Below are positions 22,135-31,385 of a DNA stretch of 59,023 nt, one piece after another. Each line of letters begins with the position of its first letter. The first letter of the stretch is position 1. Origin of the DNA: Anaerolineae bacterium (GTDB taxonomy: Bacteria; Chloroflexota; Anaerolineae; Epilineales; Epilineaceae); assembly GCA_044228875.1 (NCBI GenBank), contig JBGAUA010000005.1, positions 1-59,023 of the forward strand. Direction: 5' to 3'. The notes below the pieces were generated by a model. That model was not told the origin of the DNA and did no database searches. It worked only from the letters and a program-made list of their open reading frames with translations. Position numbers and translations under genes: made by a program.

Positions 22135-22372
22135 GGGTCCGCTATGTCGTGATTGTGTTCCCAACCGTTGCGCCCGATGAGGGTAGGTCCACAAAGCTCG
22201 GCCTTTCGAGAGACCGGTCAGGCGAGCTTCGGCGGTAAAGCGGTGGGTCGTAGAGACCCACTGGATGCGTTGTCGAGTCATGAATTCGCCACCTGGTGGC
22301 GGAAAGGACAGCCCAGGATGGATCTCTCGTCTCACCTTGATGGCGGCAGTGGTACAGCCGCGGACCTGATCG

Positions 22373-22384
22373 CCCCCCCCCCCC
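22373..22384. repeat. Homopolymer tract of 12 C
   Basis: Counted directly: C at 22373-22384. It lies between the ATG at 22318 and the lipobox-encoding segment at 22445-22471. Confidence 0.95.
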
Positions 22385-22444
22385 ACGCACCGCGGGCACA
22401 GCCCGCGACGGTGGTCCTCGGCCAATCACCGACCATGGCCGCTC

Positions 22445-25207
22445 TTGGGCGTCTTGCTGTTGGCCGGCTGTGTCAGCGTAGCATCGGGATACTCGGCGGG
22501 GCGGGTGTCTGAGTCGGCGGGACCGGCTTCCCAATGGGCCGAGGGCAGAGGAGCGAACTTGGGTGACCAAAGCCCGAACGATACGGCTACCCCTACCACT
22601 ACCCCTACCAACACACCGACACCAACGCCGGCCTGTGCTCCTCAGGAAGCGACCGCCGAAACGGAGGAGGCGTGCCCAGACCAGTTCTGGGGCTGGCGTT
22701 GGAACGGCGAGACCTGCGTGGGGGTCTACGGCTGCACTTGCGTGGGTGGGGACTGCACGGAGGTCGCCATGCAGCGCACCTGGGCGGTCTGCATGGGCCG
22801 GCATAAGGCCTGCTGCCCCGGCATCACGATCCCCATCGGTACCCCCACCTCATCGCAGCCGACCTCGCAAGCCACCTCGCCATCGCTGCTGAGCGATGCG
22901 GCGGGGCGGGGCGACCAGAGCCCGAACGATACGGCGACTCCAACGCCCACGCCGACGCCCACGAGCCCCTGCGACTGCTGGCCGCAGGACATCGAGGGGG
23001 TCACACCGGAAGCGTCCACGCCGGGAACGCCCACGCCCACCTGCGAGATACCGGAGCGGCTCCTGGGCTACAAGCATGTGGGCTACGGCGTCTGCGAGGC
23101 AGTGATCGGCTGCGAGGCGATTGGCAGCGATGTGGCGGACATGTTCACGACGATGGACGACTGCCTGACGGCCTTCGAGGACTGCGTCTGCGTGGACTGC
23201 GATCCCCTGCCGACGCCCATCCCGATCCCCTCACCGACCTTCGTGCCGGCCTGCGACCACTGCTCGCCCGGCACGGAGTACCTGGACTGGCGCGAGTGGT
23301 ACCCGATGGACCGGGGCCAGAAGCCGGGCGAGCGGGCCATCAACTGGTGGACGGAGCCGGGGGCGGCCTGCCTGAGGGGCCAGTCCACCTACAACTACGA
23401 CGGCATCCCGAAGGGCTTCCCTGCCCAGTACGCGGGGCAATGCCTGGACTACTTCTTCAACTGGGGCTGCCAGCGCGACGATCCGGACTGCAACGACTAC
23501 GAGCGGCGCATGGAGATCATCACCGAGCGCCGCAACCCAGACGGCAGCGTGAATTACCTGGACCTCTGGGGCGCCGGTGATATCGACAAGTGGCAGGTCT
23601 ACTTCGACCCCAACCAACTGGGTGATGGCAGCAGTTGCGCCTGCAACGAAGAGACGATCAGTACCCTGTCCGCCGAGGAACGCAAGGCCAAGCGGGTGCC
23701 GTCCAGCTTTGTCGCGCCCTGCCGGACGGGGGACTGGGTCTACGGCAATGTCGCCTGCGCGGCCACGTTTACGCGGGGCGAGACCGATGGGACCCGTGGC
23801 TGGGATGAGGCACACCTGGGGATTCCGAGTTCCAAGGAGGATCCGGTATCCCTCTGGGTAACCCGCACGATGGTGCAAGAATTTCTGCAGGATGCCGACC
23901 AGGAATGCAACATCGCGCTGTTGGTGAACGAGTACCTATCGACGTCTTGCGCGCAGGTTGAGTCGGAGTGCGCGCAGGAAACAGGCCAAGGAACTCCAAG
24001 TCCACACGAAGGTGACCCTCGCTGCGAGTTCATCAACGGCCAGGGCAGGGCGCGCCACTTCACCTTCGTCGACGGCTCACTGTCGATCGGCGCCGTCCCT
24101 CCCCTACCTACCGCCGGATCAGGCACACCGGCCCCCACCGCAATCCCCTGCGAGGGCTGCGACCTGAAGTGGTGCATGGTAATGCGCGAGGAGTACTATG
24201 TGCGACAGGTTCCGCGCAACAGCCCGCTGACCGGCGGCGACTACGAGCATTCGGGCGGATTTGTCGGCTTCGAGTGGGCGGGCCTGCATGGATGCGCTGG
24301 GGATGACTGCCCCTACTGGTACATCGATCGATTGGAAGGGGTGGTAGACACACCTACTCCGGGCTTCACGCCTACCGCTGGCCCGACCAGCACGCCGGTG
24401 ACGATCGAGGACGAGCAGTGGCGGACACGGTGCCGTCGACCAGGCAACTGCGGATCCCCTCCCTATACCCCTGTACCATCCTTCTGCAGTAAGCCCACCA
24501 ACACGCCGATTCCCGCTAGCGGGACCTCCGACGACCGGGGATGTGGTGGAGCACACGGAACGCCTGGTTCAACCTCGACACCGACACCGGGACGGACACC
24601 GGCGCCAACACTGACCGCGTTTCCAACCAACGGCAGCCGCGAGGGTGTGCGCTTCCCCACCGACAGCGCTCCCACTTGCGTGCCCACCAGCACCCCCACG
24701 CCGACGCCCACGAACACCCTCACCCCAACCAGCACGGCCACGCCTACTTTCACGCTGACACCGACCGCGACCTACACACCGACGCCAACCCCGACCCCGC
24801 TGCCAACGTGCGACACCCAAACGGCGCAGCGCGATTGCTCGTCGCCGGCCGCAAACTGCCTGAATGGAGGGACCGGCTGTGTCTGGGATATCACCCCGAT
24901 CGACTTCGTTGGGTTGGAGTGCGACAACGATGAACCACCATCCTATGACGTCGAGATCGAAGCTACGGAGTGCAACGTCACGCAGTACCTCAGCCAGGTG
25001 AAGGTCACCGTTTACACCACAACAGGGACATATGGCCCAGTGCTCATGCAAACCGCTGGTGGGACGCCAGTGAAATGGACGAAGACTCTGTGTGTAGCGG
25101 GCAAGCCGGATCGGGTCGTCTTCAGATGGTGGTCGAACACAAGCGCAGGTGTGAACGGGCTTGAATTCGCGAGCGTCAGCATCTGTTGCAGGGAGGCGTG
25201 TCCGTAA
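22445..25207 (+). CDS. Cys-rich, P/T-linker-rich putative lipoprotein of unknown family
   Basis: The ORF opens with TTG followed directly by GVLLLAGC, a lipobox (L-A-G-C). The sequence GDQSPNDTATPT occurs twice, each copy followed by a small Cys-rich module. Many Cys residues and several P/T linkers follow. The start is doubtful (see the poly-C finding). Confidence 0.7.
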   Translation: MGVLLLAGCVSVASGYSAGRVSESAGPASQWAEGRGANLGDQSPNDTATPTTTPTNTPTPTPACAPQEATAETEEACPDQFWGWRWNGETCVGVYGCTCVGGDCTEVAMQRTWAVCMGRHKACCPGITIPIGTPTSSQPTSQATSPSLLSDAAGRGDQSPNDTATPTPTPTPTSPCDCWPQDIEGVTPEASTPGTPTPTCEIPERLLGYKHVGYGVCEAVIGCEAIGSDVADMFTTMDDCLTAFEDCVCVDCDPLPTPIPIPSPTFVPACDHCSPGTEYLDWREWYPMDRGQKPGERAINWWTEPGAACLRGQSTYNYDGIPKGFPAQYAGQCLDYFFNWGCQRDDPDCNDYERRMEIITERRNPDGSVNYLDLWGAGDIDKWQVYFDPNQLGDGSSCACNEETISTLSAEERKAKRVPSSFVAPCRTGDWVYGNVACAATFTRGETDGTRGWDEAHLGIPSSKEDPVSLWVTRTMVQEFLQDADQECNIALLVNEYLSTSCAQVESECAQETGQGTPSPHEGDPRCEFINGQGRARHFTFVDGSLSIGAVPPLPTAGSGTPAPTAIPCEGCDLKWCMVMREEYYVRQVPRNSPLTGGDYEHSGGFVGFEWAGLHGCAGDDCPYWYIDRLEGVVDTPTPGFTPTAGPTSTPVTIEDEQWRTRCRRPGNCGSPPYTPVPSFCSKPTNTPIPASGTSDDRGCGGAHGTPGSTSTPTPGRTPAPTLTAFPTNGSREGVRFPTDSAPTCVPTSTPTPTPTNTLTPTSTATPTFTLTPTATYTPTPTPTPLPTCDTQTAQRDCSSPAANCLNGGTGCVWDITPIDFVGLECDNDEPPSYDVEIEATECNVTQYLSQVKVTVYTTTGTYGPVLMQTAGGTPVKWTKTLCVAGKPDRVVFRWWSNTSAGVNGLEFASVSICCREACP

Positions 25208-25208
25208 C

Positions 25209-27821
25209 ATGGAAGACAAACCTTCGGCACTCCTTTCTGGTAAGACATTGTGTGTCGCGATTGGACTGTTTGCATCTGCCGTGCTCACGTTCCTACGCCT
25301 CCAAAGTGGACCGATCTGGTCTGCACAGGGGGAACCAGGTGTTTGGATATCCGCAGGAAGACAGGTTCGATTGCAGTTTCCTGGCTGGGCGACTCAGCTG
25401 ACTGATGGCACTGTGCTTGCGGCGGGCGGAGGTTCTAACAGGGTGGAGATCTACGACCCAGTCACCTGGACCTGGTCCGTCAGAGCAGACATGCAGCGAG
25501 TGCGTACTCGCCACTCTGTTACTACCCTGATCGATGGCAGCGTCTTGGTGGTAGGTGGCAATGAACCAGAAGATAAGCCGTTTGAAGGTGATCCTGAGGC
25601 AAGAGGCGCTGAGCGATTCGATGCCCAGAGCAATCGGTGGTCTCCGGCCGGGCGCGGGCTTGAGTTCCCGCGACGAGCCAACCACATTGCTGTTCTGTTG
25701 GCAAACGGAGAAGTCCTCGTGGCCGGAGGATGCGAGTTCTTGCACGGCGACATCTGCAACACGCCACTCACCAGTGCTCAGCTGTACAACCCGCTCACAA
25801 ACACCTGGACAGTCACCACTCCCCTCACCCATGCTCGGTACATGGCCTCAGCGGTGCGCCTGGATGACGGGCGTGTGCTTGTGCTGGGGGGAGTAACCGA
25901 GCCTGGCATGTTCTGGGATGAGATGTCGGGCGTGAAGACCGCAGAGATGTACGATCCGAGTACGGGCACGTGGTCCATGGCCAGCGAAATGAACCGACCT
26001 AGATTCCTTGGAGCCGCCACGCTACTACCCGATGGACGTGTTCTTGCCGCCGGCAATACGACGCCTTTGACGCACAATCCACCCCTCGAGCCGCGACGCG
26101 AAGGAACATCGGAGATCTTCGATCCCCAGGCAGGTACCTGGGGCCATGTTACCGCGATGCTGGGAGCGTCTGATGTGGCCATGGACGCTGTGGTGTTGAG
26201 GAGTGGGAAGGTGTTGGTTGCTGGCGGATTCTGGCTAAGCCAACCGGGCTCAGACAAGTTCCCTGCTCAAGTGTACGATCCAATGACGCATGAGTGGTCG
26301 ACCGTAGCCAGGTGCAGCAGCATTCTGATCTGGGAGAAGCTGATCCTGCTCGCCGATGGCTCAGTCCTCAAGCTCGGCTCAAGCCCCCCTCTCCGCTTCT
26401 TCGAAACCCCACCCACCCCCTCCGCCACCCCCACTGAGACCGCCACCCCTTCGGCCACGCCCACCGCGACCGACACGCCGACCGCAACCACCACCCCCAC
26501 AGACACCGCTACCCCAACAGCCACCGACACCCCCAGCCCCTCTATCACCCCCACCCGCATCGCCGCGCGGACCGCTACCGCCAGCCGCACGCCCACCATT
26601 AGCCCTGCGCCAACCGCTACTCGGCAGCGCGTAGGTGCTTGGCAGCGCGTAGCGTCGCCAAGCACGAAGCGATACGCTGGATCAGCAGTCTTGATGGCCG
26701 ACGGCAGGGTGCTGGTTGCCGGTGGAGCCGATGGCGTGAACAGGTGCTGCATGCCGACGGAGATCTATGACCCCTCCGCCGATACGTGGGTTCAACTGCC
26801 ACCTATTGACCCAACGTACAATGTTGCTTACCCGCTGTTGTTGGCTGAAGACGCAGGTACGTGGCTGATGGTTGGCGGGACTTACGTTACCCACAGTATG
26901 GCCAGCTTCCAGTACGGCAACGGGTCGTACTTTGTGGCTCGTCTAGATACCAACAACAGAACATCAGAGCGGGTTGCTGCCATCGGCAGCGATCCCACAG
27001 GGACTATCGATCCCAAGGGTACCTGGGCAATCGGTGAATTGGATGATCAACACTTCTTGATGGTCAACTTCCAGGATCGTGTCAGTACCCTTCCTTCCAG
27101 CCGCACGCAGACCTACGACCGCAAGACGTGGACACCATCGTCAGGCCCCTCACTTGAGCAGGCCGGCCGACAACGCCTGATGGTCAAGCTGCGTGACGGA
27201 CGCTTGCTGGTACTAGGGGGACGGTACTGGGTCGACTTTTGGGACTCGAGTCCCCGAGCCTGGGTAGAAGGCAGTGTCAAACTGATCCTGGAGTCCATTG
27301 CCCTTGAGCCTGGACAAGACCACTTCAAGCAGATTGGATCTACTCGCACACACTTCAGGCAACCATACAGCCAGCTCTTGGCCTTACCCAGTGGCGGGGC
27401 TGTGGCCATCGCTGGGCAGGGGCCTGGAGTGGACGCATTCTATGGCGGGAGTGAGTACGTCGAGACCTTCGACCCCCAGACCGACACCTGGACCCCTCGC
27501 GGCTCCATGACCGCCTCCCGTGCCTTCGCCGCCGCCCAGTTGCTGCGCGATGAACGCGTTCTCATCGCCGGCGGGGGGCAATGGGACGCCTCCCGCCCCA
27601 CCCAATCCGCCGACCTCCTGGACCTCGCCACCGGCCGCTGGTACGACGCCGGCCCCATGAGCGTGCCGCGCATCGGCCCCGCCTCCGTGCGCCTGGCCGA
27701 CGGGCGCATCCTCGTCATCGGCGGGGATGAGGAAGGGACCGCCGAGATCTTCTCCCTCAACCCCGACGCCCTCCCTTCCACCCGCTACATCCCCTTGGTC
27801 CAGAGCCGACCACGCCGGTGA
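25209..27821 (+). CDS. Kelch-repeat (galactose-oxidase-like) double beta-propeller protein with an N-terminal TM/signal anchor
   Basis: The ATG lies 1 nt after the upstream TAA. The TM segment is LCVAIGLFASAVLTFL. Kelch-type blades repeat (DGSVLVVGG, NGEVLVAGG, DGRVLVLGG, DGRVLAAG ... DGRILVIGG). A P/T linker separates the two propellers. Confidence 0.85.
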   Translation: MEDKPSALLSGKTLCVAIGLFASAVLTFLRLQSGPIWSAQGEPGVWISAGRQVRLQFPGWATQLTDGTVLAAGGGSNRVEIYDPVTWTWSVRADMQRVRTRHSVTTLIDGSVLVVGGNEPEDKPFEGDPEARGAERFDAQSNRWSPAGRGLEFPRRANHIAVLLANGEVLVAGGCEFLHGDICNTPLTSAQLYNPLTNTWTVTTPLTHARYMASAVRLDDGRVLVLGGVTEPGMFWDEMSGVKTAEMYDPSTGTWSMASEMNRPRFLGAATLLPDGRVLAAGNTTPLTHNPPLEPRREGTSEIFDPQAGTWGHVTAMLGASDVAMDAVVLRSGKVLVAGGFWLSQPGSDKFPAQVYDPMTHEWSTVARCSSILIWEKLILLADGSVLKLGSSPPLRFFETPPTPSATPTETATPSATPTATDTPTATTTPTDTATPTATDTPSPSITPTRIAARTATASRTPTISPAPTATRQRVGAWQRVASPSTKRYAGSAVLMADGRVLVAGGADGVNRCCMPTEIYDPSADTWVQLPPIDPTYNVAYPLLLAEDAGTWLMVGGTYVTHSMASFQYGNGSYFVARLDTNNRTSERVAAIGSDPTGTIDPKGTWAIGELDDQHFLMVNFQDRVSTLPSSRTQTYDRKTWTPSSGPSLEQAGRQRLMVKLRDGRLLVLGGRYWVDFWDSSPRAWVEGSVKLILESIALEPGQDHFKQIGSTRTHFRQPYSQLLALPSGGAVAIAGQGPGVDAFYGGSEYVETFDPQTDTWTPRGSMTASRAFAAAQLLRDERVLIAGGGQWDASRPTQSADLLDLATGRWYDAGPMSVPRIGPASVRLADGRILVIGGDEEGTAEIFSLNPDALPSTRYIPLVQSRPRR

Positions 27822-27832
27822 GAACGCAAGAA

Positions 27833-27852
27833 GGGGGCGGTTCACCGCCCCC
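27833..27852. terminator. Hairpin between the convergent Kelch and LPXTG genes
   Basis: gggggcgg-ttca-ccgccccc forms a perfect 8-bp stem starting 12 nt after the Kelch stop. Confidence 0.6.
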
Positions 27853-27926
27853 CTCTGCGGGTCGATCTTATTGATTTCCGTCACCCGCGGCCCGCGTCGG
27901 CGGCCGCCGCTCGGCGCCCTAGCGCA

Positions 27927-28619
27927 TCAGGCGCGCGAGCCGCTCAGCTTCAGGCCCACGCCGACGAACAAGAGCGCCAGCAGCCCCATGACCAGCAGGT
28001 CGGACGTCCCGCTGCCGGTCGTCGGCAGGGTGCTGGGCTTGGCGGCGGCCTTGGCCACCGCCGTCGGGCTGGTGGCGGTCGTCGATCCCGCGGCGGCCGT
28101 GGTCGGCGCCGCGGCCTTGCTGTCCGTGGTCGCCGTCGCGCCGCTGGCGGCGGCCTTGCTGTCGGCGGCGGCCGGAGCGCTCTCCTGCTCCTCGACCTGG
28201 CGCAACGTGACCACATAGAGCGGCGCGCTGGGGGCGGCGGCCTTGGCGTCCGCCTCGGCCGTCACGTAGACCTTGGCCACGCCGTAGTCGACCTTGGTCT
28301 CGGCCAGGGCCATCTTGCCGTCCAAGGTGCCCAGGTTGTGGCGCATGCCGTCCATGTCCACCGCCCAGACCACGAAGGCGCTGGCGCCCTCGAACTTGCT
28401 CAGGTCCAGCGACTCGGCCGCCTTGGACAGGTCCACCTTGACCGCGTAGCTGCCGGCCGTCTCGCCGCGGGTGATGTCGATGAGGCCCGTGCCGGCCAGG
28501 TCCTTGCTGCCGGGTGCCGGCCGCATGGTCATGCCCAGGATGTTCTGGGCGTAGGTGGGCGCCGCCAGCGAGGCGGCCAGGCCGAGGGCCGCCAACGCGG
28601 CCAGGGTGCGTCGCATCAT
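27927..28619 (-). CDS. LPXTG-motif cell-wall-anchored surface protein
   Basis: AGGAGG lies upstream of the ATG. The signal peptide is MMRRTLAALAALGLAASLAAPTYAQ. The C-terminus has LPTTG (28014-28028), the hydrophobic stretch LLVMGLLALLFVGVGL and a basic tail KLSGSRA. Confidence 0.8.
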   Translation of the reverse strand: MMRRTLAALAALGLAASLAAPTYAQNILGMTMRPAPGSKDLAGTGLIDITRGETAGSYAVKVDLSKAAESLDLSKFEGASAFVVWAVDMDGMRHNLGTLDGKMALAETKVDYGVAKVYVTAEADAKAAAPSAPLYVVTLRQVEEQESAPAAADSKAAASGATATTDSKAAAPTTAAAGSTTATSPTAVAKAAAKPSTLPTTGSGTSDLLVMGLLALLFVGVGLKLSGSRA

Positions 28620-28801
28620 GTCTGCTGCCTCCTATGGATCGAATCGGTATGAGGGCTACCGCTAGCCCGGCCAAACCACACGCGGCCCGAACCGCCAGCC
28701 GGCGCCGCGGACCAACACGCGAAACTTAACGCAGAGTTTACCACACGGGAATGGGGTTTGTATAGTCGCCCCAGGGCATTCGCATCGGCTGGGTTTCGAC
28801 G

Positions 28802-29923
28802 TCAGCCCGCCAGCGACACGCCCATCAGCCAGCCGACGCCATAGGTGATGGCCGCGGCGAGCAGGCCGAAGAGCATCTGTCGGAAACCGCTGAACAGGGT
28901 GCCCCGGCCGGTGAAGAGGGAGATGCCCGCCCCGATGCCGAAGAGCCCCACCGCGCTGAGCGCCAGGCTGACCATCACGGCCGTGTTGCCGCCGGTGAAG
29001 AAGAAGGGCGCTACGGGGATGACCGCTCCCAGGGCGAAGAGCAGGAAGGAGGCGATGGCCGCTTCCCAGGCCGAGCCGCCCAGTTCGGCCGGATCGATGG
29101 CCAGCTCCTCGCGCACCAGGGCGTCCAGTGCGCGGTCGGGGTTGGCCAGGATGCTGGCCGCCATCTCGCGCGCCTGGTCCGCCGGGACGCCCTTCGCCTG
29201 GTAGATCAGCGCCAGCTCCTTGGCCTCTTCTTCCGGAGCCGCCTTCAACTCCGCCGCTTCGATGCCGATCTGCCGGGCATAGAGTTCGCGGGAGCTCTGC
29301 ACGCTCAGCCATTCTCCCAGGGCCATCGAGATGGCGCCGGCCAGCAGGCCGGCAAGGCCGGTGAGCAGGAGGGCCTGGTCATCGACCGCCGCGCCGGCCA
29401 CGCCCATCACCAGGCTGAAGTTGGACACCAGTCCGTCGTTGGCGCCGAGGACCGCGGCGCGCAGGGCGTTGCCGGCCGCGCCGCGATGCCTCCCTTCCAG
29501 GCGCGCCAGATCGGAGCCGGTCATGCCGCCCACGCGCGACGAGGCGATGGCGGCCAGGATGCGGGCATGCCCCGCCTCGTCCCCCGCCAGAGGCTGACCG
29601 CCTATCTGCGCCTCACGCTGGTAGGCCAGGCTGTCGGCCTTCTCACCCTGCAGCATCGTCGGCAGCACCGCCCCCGGACCGAGGCGCCGGGCCACCGTCG
29701 CCAGGGTGCGCGCCCGCCAGCTGGGGCGGTGCGGCGGCGGCTGCTGCTGCAGCTGCGCCGCCAGATGGCTTGCATGGCCTCGTTCCGTCTGCGCCAGGTT
29801 GCGGTAGACCTCGGCCACCTGGGGCGAGGCCTCGGCATCGGCCATGGCCGAATAGATGAAGGCGTTGTCCAGTTCCGCCTGCCAGGCGACCGTGGCGGCG
29901 GCGGGGTCCAGGGGCTTGTCCAT
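28802..29923 (-). CDS. VIT1/CCC1 family iron/manganese transporter with an N-terminal ferritin/rubrerythrin-like domain
   Basis: AAGGAG lies upstream of the ATG at 29923. The N-terminus has AELDNAFIYSAMA...TERGHASH. The membrane domain has GANDGLVSNFSLVMGVAGA and C-terminal TM helices. Confidence 0.85.
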   Translation of the reverse strand: MDKPLDPAAATVAWQAELDNAFIYSAMADAEASPQVAEVYRNLAQTERGHASHLAAQLQQQPPPHRPSWRARTLATVARRLGPGAVLPTMLQGEKADSLAYQREAQIGGQPLAGDEAGHARILAAIASSRVGGMTGSDLARLEGRHRGAAGNALRAAVLGANDGLVSNFSLVMGVAGAAVDDQALLLTGLAGLLAGAISMALGEWLSVQSSRELYARQIGIEAAELKAAPEEEAKELALIYQAKGVPADQAREMAASILANPDRALDALVREELAIDPAELGGSAWEAAIASFLLFALGAVIPVAPFFFTGGNTAVMVSLALSAVGLFGIGAGISLFTGRGTLFSGFRQMLFGLLAAAITYGVGWLMGVSLAG

Positions 29924-30077
29924 CCGTTCTCCTTCTGACGTCTGACGGTGGCGGTGCGACCGCGCTGCGCGGCACTCGCGCAAGACCGCGTTGCGCGAAC
30001 CTCACGACGGAACGGCGAGCGTCAAGCATAAGCCCTTTCGCCCTTCCGGTGCTCCGTCCTTCGGCCGATATGCGGCC

Positions 30078-31154
30078 TCAGACCGCCAGATTGCGCGCGT
30101 CGTCGCCACCGTTCGGGGCAGCTTCACCGACCCGCTGACCCGCTTCCAGCATCCAGCCCCAGCGCAGCACGCAGAGCAGCCCCAGGGCCACCCCGAACCA
30201 CAAGGTGGCCAGGCGGGTCAGCAGGGCCGCGGCCTTGGCCGGGGCCAGCCCCAGGCCCAGCACGCGCATGGCCAAGGTCACCAAGGCGCCTTCCGTGCCG
30301 CCGAGCCCGCCGGGGGTGGCCACCACCGCGCCGATGACGGTGCTGATGCTGAAGATGAAGACCGCCGCGAGGGCCGTCCGGCCGTCGGCGCTCCCGCCGA
30401 CGCCCTGCAGCACCACGAAGTAGGCCAGTCCCTCGCAGGCCCAGCTGACCAGGCCGATGCCGACGGCGATGGCCAGGGGCCGGCCGCTGAGCAGGATCTG
30501 GGCGCTTTCGTAGAAGGCGTGCAGGTGGCGAGCGAAGCGGCCGACCAGGGGCAGGCCCTCCGCCAGGCCGATCAGGCGCAGGGCCAGGGCGCGGCGCCCG
30601 GCGACGAAGAGGCCGGCGAGCACCGCGGCCAGCACCAGCACGGCGGTGCGGCGCATCGCCGGCTCGGGGAAGAAGAAGAGGCCCGCGGCCGCCAGCAGCA
30701 GCATCGCCAGGCCGTCGGTGAGGCGCTCGGCCATGACCGCCGGGGCGGTGACCATCACCGGCGTTCCCGCCACCCGCTTGACCAGGACGCTCTTGAGCAG
30801 CTCGCCGGCCTTGCCGGGGGTCAGGACCATCGTCATGCCCATGCCGAAGATCCGCGCCGCGTCGCCCTTGTCGATGGGCACCTTGAGCCAGCGCAGGTAC
30901 AAGATCCACTTCAGCAGCCGCCCGCCGTAGTTGACCAACGTCAAAGCCAACACCAAGGGCATCCAGCGCCAGGGGAAGGCCGACAGCACCGCGCGCAGCT
31001 GGCTCACGTCGCCCCAGGCGGCCAAGGCCACGTATAGGGCCAGACCCCCGACAGCGGACCACAGGAAGCCGCGGCGCAGCCGGCGCCAGCGCAGGTCTTC
31101 CGGCAGCGGTGCGCCGTCGCGGGCGGCGCCGGGCGGTTCGGCAGGGGCGTGCAT
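30078..31154 (-). CDS. Flippase-like / lysylphosphatidylglycerol-synthase TM-region family membrane protein (UPF0104)
   Basis: Polytopic membrane protein with LVNYGGRLLKWILYLRWL...GMTMVLTPGKAGELLKSVLV. The start is ambiguous (31154 or 31232). Confidence 0.75.
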   Translation of the reverse strand: MHAPAEPPGAARDGAPLPEDLRWRRLRRGFLWSAVGGLALYVALAAWGDVSQLRAVLSAFPWRWMPLVLALTLVNYGGRLLKWILYLRWLKVPIDKGDAARIFGMGMTMVLTPGKAGELLKSVLVKRVAGTPVMVTAPAVMAERLTDGLAMLLLAAAGLFFFPEPAMRRTAVLVLAAVLAGLFVAGRRALALRLIGLAEGLPLVGRFARHLHAFYESAQILLSGRPLAIAVGIGLVSWACEGLAYFVVLQGVGGSADGRTALAAVFIFSISTVIGAVVATPGGLGGTEGALVTLAMRVLGLGLAPAKAAALLTRLATLWFGVALGLLCVLRWGWMLEAGQRVGEAAPNGGDDARNLAV

Positions 31155-31385
31155 GGGGCGATTGTACCCGAGGTCGACGATTCGGCCACCGAGTGGGTAG
31201 GGCGGTAGCAAAGTCATTCCTGTGGGAGGCATCTGGCATGAACGAGTTTAGCGAGCTGGTTTGCGCGGCCCCTCTCCTTCTTTGGCCCGACGCCGCCTTC
31301 CGCCGGCGGCACTACACTGGTCACCGATTCGAGAGTGAGCTGCCCGAAGGCGGGCGGCCGACACGACGAAAGGAAGGCAGAGCCC

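Noticed and set aside
22141-22317. Possible cobalamin riboswitch or RNase P-like RNA in the leader (GCGGTAAAGCGG, CCACTGG, GGCGGAAAGGAC, AGCCCAGGATGG)
   Set aside because: Only scattered resemblance was found. The B12 box (GAGACCTGCC-like) and the GGGAA/GGTG core are absent. The element order is wrong for RNase P and the length is too short. The region is kept only as an unassigned structured leader.
21415-22425. N-terminal 337 residues of track ORF 20431-22425 upstream of the carbamate kinase start
   Set aside because: This is read-through across an intergenic region and across the oppositely framed 21393-21995 gene. The carbamate kinase homology pattern begins only near VVALGGNALL.
26400-26620. 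Periodic ACC/CCC/GCC-rich DNA resembling tandem repeats or a CRISPR-like array; similar stretches occur at 24680-24800, 51700-51860 and 55960-56110
   Set aside because: These stretches lie in frame inside long ORFs and encode Pro/Thr/Ala interdomain linkers. There is no repeat-spacer architecture.
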